A stretch of 34,151 bases of DNA from the IMG/VR virus record IMGVR_UViG_3300045988_084175. The stretch is one strand, 5' to 3'. Shown piece after piece: positions 33,553 to 34,151 of the stretch. Each line of letters opens with the position of its first letter. The stretch's first letter is position 1. This DNA is from a virus. Below the pieces are notes generated by a model that was given only the letters and a program-made list of their open reading frames with translations, was not told where the DNA came from and made no database searches. Both the position numbers and the translations under genes were made by a program.

Positions 33553-34151
33553 TGGCTGTCGATCCGAAACTGCTGCAGTTTGCACTGTCTGCGCCGATTG
33601 AGAGGGCCTATGCTGAATGTGTTGAGCGGCTGGTTGAGAACATTGCGAAACACCTGGGAAGCGGTAACGCTATCCGCACGGCCGACTGGGAGTTGAATAA
33701 GCTGAAGGAGATGGGCAAACTCACAGAAGAGAATGCAAAGATCATCAAGGACGCTTTGAATAGCTTGCCGGTATTGATAAAAAACGCATTGAACGACGCC
33801 TCGAAGGCATCGCTGGACGACATTGACAAACTGATCGAAGAAGCGATCGCCAGCGGAGCAATCGAACGAGCGCCGGAAACCTACACGAGGGAGATGCTGG
33901 ATCAGCTTTCCCAGCAGGCGTTGGATGATGCAAACCTGACCAACACGACCATGCTGGAGAGCTCACAGGCGGCCTATTTGTCGGCGATCAATAACGTCGT
34001 GAACTGGGCAGAATATGAGCTGGACTCTGGGCAGGTTGAAGAAGCGATCAACGTCGTTAACGACGCAGCGATGGGCCAAGTCATCGGCAGCGAAACCCGG
34101 CAGCAGGTCATGAAAAAAGCGATCACGCAGCTGTCTGAAAAAGGCATCTAC
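33552..34151 (+). CDS. minor capsid / head morphogenesis protein (gp7/Mu F-like), 5' part; continues as 1..1227
   Basis: GTG 33552 overlaps the portal stop. The frame is open to the window end, and bases 34011-34151 equal 1-141. Confidence 0.7.
   Translation, partial: MAVDPKLLQFALSAPIERAYAECVERLVENIAKHLGSGNAIRTADWELNKLKEMGKLTEENAKIIKDALNSLPVLIKNALNDASKASLDDIDKLIEEAIASGAIERAPETYTREMLDQLSQQALDDANLTNTTMLESSQAAYLSAINNVVNWAEYELDSGQVEEAINVVNDAAMGQVIGSETRQQVMKKAITQLSEKGIY
34011..34151. repeat. terminal duplication of window bases 1-141 (circular closure)
   Basis: Exact 141-bp identity between the start and end of the window. Confidence 0.95.

Overview
The window is a circularly closed temperate siphovirus genome of about 34.0 kb. 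Bases 1-141 are identical to 34011-34151, so the unique length is roughly 34,010 bp. Almost all genes are on the + strand and use Firmicutes-type AAGGAGG ribosome-binding sites (RBS). GC content is mosaic: about 50-55% over the structural genes, with AT-rich accessory blocks. Gene order, read across the window junction, is as follows. terS, a free-standing HNH endonuclease, terL (interrupted by a frame change), portal and an SPP1 gp7/Mu F-like minor capsid protein wrap the junction. They are followed by a Dps/ferritin-like gene, scaffold, major capsid with an Ig-like tail, connector and adaptor proteins, major tail protein, two tail chaperones, tape measure, Dit, Tal, a collagen-repeat tail fibre, a multidomain lysin, a DUF4406 gene and holins. 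Next come a candidate attP and a tyrosine integrase on the minus strand, then an AT-rich lysogeny-region moron block: a small membrane protein, a 260-aa minus-strand protein, an HTH protein, proteins built from a triplicated roughly 55-aa domain, and a secreted glucosaminidase. The early region begins at a sigma-A promoter whose elements are overlapped by direct-repeat operators. It encodes a ribbon-helix-helix (RHH) regulator, a Bro-N antirepressor, ERF recombinase, an HNH endonuclease, a replisome organizer with internal repeats, a G39P-like helicase loader, a DUF5131 protein with a CX3CX2C motif, a MazG-like protein, SSB, a 5'-truncated Dam remnant, a C5-methyltransferase-like protein lacking the SAM-binding motif I, several small membrane and Cys-rich proteins, and an ArpU-like late regulator. 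No rRNA, tRNA or CRISPR array was found. Functional calls rest on motif recognition and synteny recalled from memory; no database search was run.
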